Below are positions 60,230 through 64,000 of a stretch of 64,000 bases of DNA, in pieces; the first letter of the stretch is position 1; each line of letters begins with the position of its first letter. The DNA is from Eledone cirrhosa. Lineage: Eukaryota. The notes under the pieces were generated by a model, which saw nothing but the letters and a program-made list of their open reading frames with translations, was not told the origin of the DNA and did no database searches. The DNA is taken from positions 36,704,001-36,768,000 of the forward strand of contig OZ024748.1 of the NCBI GenBank assembly GCA_964016885.1, read 5' to 3'. The translations under genes and the position numbers were made by a program.

Positions 60230-63200
60230 ATACCCTGCCTCACAACACATTATACCATTCTGTAAATATACCCTGCCTCACAACACATTAGACCGTTCCG
60301 TAACTATACCCTGCCTCACGACACATTAGACTATCCTGTAACTATATCCTACCCCATAACACATTAGACCATCTTGTAACTAGATCCTAGCCCACAACAC
60401 ATTAGACCATCCTGTAACTATACTCTGCCTCACAACACATTAGACCATCCTGTAACTATATCCTACCCCACAACACAGACCATTATGTAACTATACCTTA
60501 CCTCACAATACATTAGATCATCCTGTAAATATACTCTGCCTCACAACACATTAGACCATTCTGTAACTATACCCTGCCTCACAACACATTAGACCCTCCT
60601 GTAACTATACCCTGCCTCACAACTCGTTAGACCATCCTGTAACTATATCCTACCCCACAACACTTTAGACCATCCTGTAACTATACCCTGCCTCACAAAA
60701 CATTAGACCATCCTGTAACTATATCCTACCCCACAACACATTAGACAATCCTGTAACTATACCCTGCCTCACAACACATTAGACCATCCTGTAACTATAT
60801 CCTACCCCACAACACAGACCATCCTGTAACTATACCCTGCATCACAACACATTAGACCATCCTGTAACTATATCCTACCCCACAACAAATTAGACCATCC
60901 TGTAACTATACCCTGCCTCACAACACATTAGACCATTATGTAACTATACCCTGCTTCACAACACATTAGACCATCCTGTAACTATACGCTGCCTCGCAAC
61001 ACATTAGACCATTCTGTAAAGATACCCTGCCTCACAACACATTAGACCATTCTGTAACTATACCCTGCCTCACAACACATTAGATCATCCTGTAACTATA
61101 TCCTACCCCAAAACACAATAAACCATTCTGTAACTATACCTTGCCTCACAACAAATTAGATCACCCTGTAACTATACCCTGCATCACAACACATTAGACC
61201 ATTCTGTAAATATACCCTGCCTCACAACACATTAGATCATCCTGTAACTATACCTTGCCACACAACACATTAGACCATCCTGTAACTATACCCTGCCTCA
61301 CAACACATTAGACAATTATGTAACTATATCTTGCCTCACAACACATTAGATCATCCTGTAACTATACCCTGCCTCACAACACATTAGACCATTCTGTAAA
61401 TATACCCTGCCCCACAACACATTAGACCGTTCCCTAACTATACCCTGCCTCACAACACATTAGACTATCCTGTAACTATATCATTCCCCATAACACATTA
61501 GACCATCCTGTAACTATAACCTGCCTCACAACACATTAGATCATCCTGTAACTATACCCTGCCTCACAACACATTATACCATTCTGTAAATATACCCTGC
61601 CTCACAACACATTAGACCGTTCCGTAACTATACCCTGCCTCACGACACATTAGACTATCCTGTAACTATATCCTACCCCATAACACATTAGACCATCTTG
61701 TAACTAGATCCTAGCCCACAACACATTAGACCATCCTGTAACTATACTCTGCCTCACAACACATTAGACCATCTTGTAACTATATCCTACCCCACAACAC
61801 AGACCATTATGTAACTATACCTTACCTCACAATACATTAGATCATCCTGTAAATATACTCTGCCTCAAAACACATTAGACCATTCTGTAACTATACCCTG
61901 CCTCACAACACATTAGACCCTCCTGTAACTATACCCTGCCTCACAACTCGTTAGACCATCCTGTAACTATATCCTACCCCACAACACTTTAGACCATCCT
62001 GTAACTATACCCTGCCTCACAACACATTAGACCATCCTGTAACTATATCCTACCCCACAACACATTAGACCATCCTGTAACTATACCCTGCCTCACAACA
62101 CATTAGACCATCCTGTAACTATATCCTACCCCACAACACAGACCATCCTGTAACTATACCCTGCATCACAACACATTAGACCATCCTGTAACTATATCCT
62201 ACCCCACAACAAATTAGACCATCCTGTAACTATACTCTGCCTCACAACACATTAGACCATTATGTAACTATACCCTGCTTCACAACACATTAGACCATTC
62301 TGTAAATATACCCTGCCTCACAACACATTAGATCATCCTGTAACTATACCTTGCCACACAACACATTAGACCATCCTGTAACTATACCCTGCCTCACAAC
62401 ACATTAGACAATTATGTAACTATATCTTGCCTCACAACACATTAGATCATCCTGTAACTATACCCTGCCTCACAACACATTAGACCATTCTGTAAATATA
62501 CCCTGCCCCACAACACATTAGACCGTTCCCTAACTATACCCTGCCTCACAACACATTAGACTATCCTGTAACTATATCATTCCCCATAACACATTAGACC
62601 ATCCTGTAACTATAACCTGCCTCACAACACATTAGATCATCCTGTAACTATACCCTGCCTCACAACACATTATACCATTCTGTAAATATACCCTGCCTCA
62701 CAACACATTAGACCGTTCCGTAACTATACCCTGCCTCACGACACATTAGACTATCCTGTAACTATATCCTACCCCATAACACATTAGACCATCTTGTAAC
62801 TAGATCCTAGCCCACAACACATTAGACCATCCTGTAACTATACTCTGCCTCACAACACATTAGACCATCTTGTAACTATATCCTACCCCACAACACAGAC
62901 CATTATGTAACTATACCTTACCTCACAATACATTAGATCATCCTGTAAATATACTCTGCCTCAAAACACATTAGACCATTCTGTAACTATACCCTGCCTC
63001 ACAACACATTAGACCCTCCTGTAACTATACCCTGCCTCACAACTCGTTAGACCATCCTGTAACTATATCCTACCCCACAACACTTTAGACCATCCTGTAA
63101 CTATACCCTGCCTCACAACACATTAGACCATCCTGTAACTATATCCTACCCCACAACACATTAGACCATCCTGTAACTATACCCTGCCTCACAACACATT

Positions 63201-64000
63201 AGACCATCCTGTAACTATATCCTACCCCACAACACAGACCATCCTGTAACTATACCCTGCATCACAACACATTAGACCATCCTGTAACTATATCCTACCC
63301 CACAACAAATTAGACCATCCTGTAACTATACTCTGCCTCACAACACATTAGACCATTATGTAACTATACCCTGCTTCACAACACATTAGACCATCCTGTA
63401 ACTATACGCTGCCTCGCAACACATTAGACCATTCTGTAAAGATACCCTGCCTCACAACACATTAGACCATTCTGTAACTATACCCTGCCTCACAACACAT
63501 TAGATCATCCTGTAACTATATCCTACCCCAAAACACAATAAACCATTCTGTAACTATACCTTGCCTCACAACAAATTAGATCACCCTGTAACTATACCCT
63601 GCATCACAACACATTAGACCATTCTGTAAATATACCCTGCCTCACAACACATTAGATCATCCTGTAACTATACCTTGCCACACAACACATTAGACCATCC
63701 TGTAACTATACCCTGCCTCACAACACATTAGACAATTATGTAACTATACCTTGCCTCACAACACATTAGATCATCCTGTAACTATACCCTGCCTCACAAC
63801 ACATTAGACCATTCTGTAAATATACCCTGCCTCACAACACATTAGACCGTTCCCTAACTATACCCTGCCTCACAACACATTAGACTATACTGTAACTATA
63901 TCATTCCCCATAACACATTAGACCATCCTGTAACTATAACCTGCCTCACAACACATTAGATCATCCTGTAACTATACCCTGCCTCACAACACATTAGATC
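60230..64000. repeat. Local HOR of 1,324 bp (35 monomers) with a 1,096-bp (29-monomer) deletion variant, about three copies
   Basis: TAGATCCTAGCCC at 60381, 61705 and 62801 (offsets 1324 = 35x38-6 and 1096 = 29x38-6). GTTCCCTAAC and TATCATTCCCCATAAC occur in each copy. Confidence 0.88.

Larger units (their letters stand above)
1..64000. repeat. Tandem satellite/minisatellite array, 38-bp monomer (CATTAGACCATYCTGTAACTATACCCTGCCTCACAACA), about 1,690 head-to-tail copies, extending beyond both window ends
   Basis: Bases 1-38 are one monomer and CATTAGAC restarts at 39. The same unit, usually with 0-4 substitutions and occasional 1-3-bp indels, continues to base 64000 with no inversion or foreign insert seen. 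Copy number is estimated as 64000/38 plus a small correction for shortened monomers. Confidence 0.99.

Noticed and set aside
1-64000. CRISPR array (the 38-bp unit is within the CRISPR repeat size range)
   Set aside because: Units are directly head-to-tail with no unique spacers. The variable positions are point variants of one consensus. There is no leader or cas gene and no clear palindrome.
1-64000. Repeat-protein CDS on either strand
   Set aside because: The plus consensus has TAG (4-6) and TAA (16-18), and the minus consensus has TGA, TAG and TAA. Because 38 is not a multiple of 3, every frame meets a stop within about three monomers.
1-64000. Giant ORF under a code that reassigns TAA and TAG (the plus consensus has no TGA)
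   Set aside because: Single-base indels and TGA-creating variants (CCTGACTC, GTGACT) are scattered freely, and no 114-bp codon-phase constraint is visible. The lack of TGA is explained by G scarcity.
1-64000. Canonical telomerase repeat (TTAGGG, TTAGG or TTTAGGG)
   Set aside because: No such tandem motif occurs on either strand. The multi-kb HORs and inherited variants indicate recombination-based amplification rather than templated addition.
1-64000. Embedded transposon, inversion, promoter or unique island
   Set aside because: Reading through, every line fits the monomer in the same orientation. The largest anomalies seen are 1-3-bp indels (for example about 13581, 15722 and 29878). TATA-like strings are simply part of the monomer.

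Overview
The whole 64-kb window is one uninterrupted, single-orientation tandem array of a 38-bp monomer (consensus CATTAGACCATYCTGTAACTATACCCTGCCTCACAACA, roughly 1,690 copies). It runs off both ends of the window. I see no genes, RNA genes, transposons, CRISPR spacers or unique sequence. It looks like eukaryotic satellite or minisatellite DNA, but I do not recognise the family or host. The structure worth studying is in the variants: (i) a homogeneous 2,950-bp (78-monomer) higher-order repeat (HOR) at about 1-12.8 kb that can be traced to an older, longer arrangement next to it; (ii) a diverged middle zone; (iii) further local HORs and duplications of about 1,851, 1,289, 1,703 and 1,324/1,096 bp, plus duplications at 6.8-8 kb spacing; (iv) a second monomer subtype that becomes common to the right of about 19 kb; (v) a recurring 4-5-monomer (152-190 bp) order of variants; (vi) strong C/G strand asymmetry. 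All offsets were read by eye from diagnostic variants, so block boundaries are approximate. I found no evidence of a new protein-coding or defence system.
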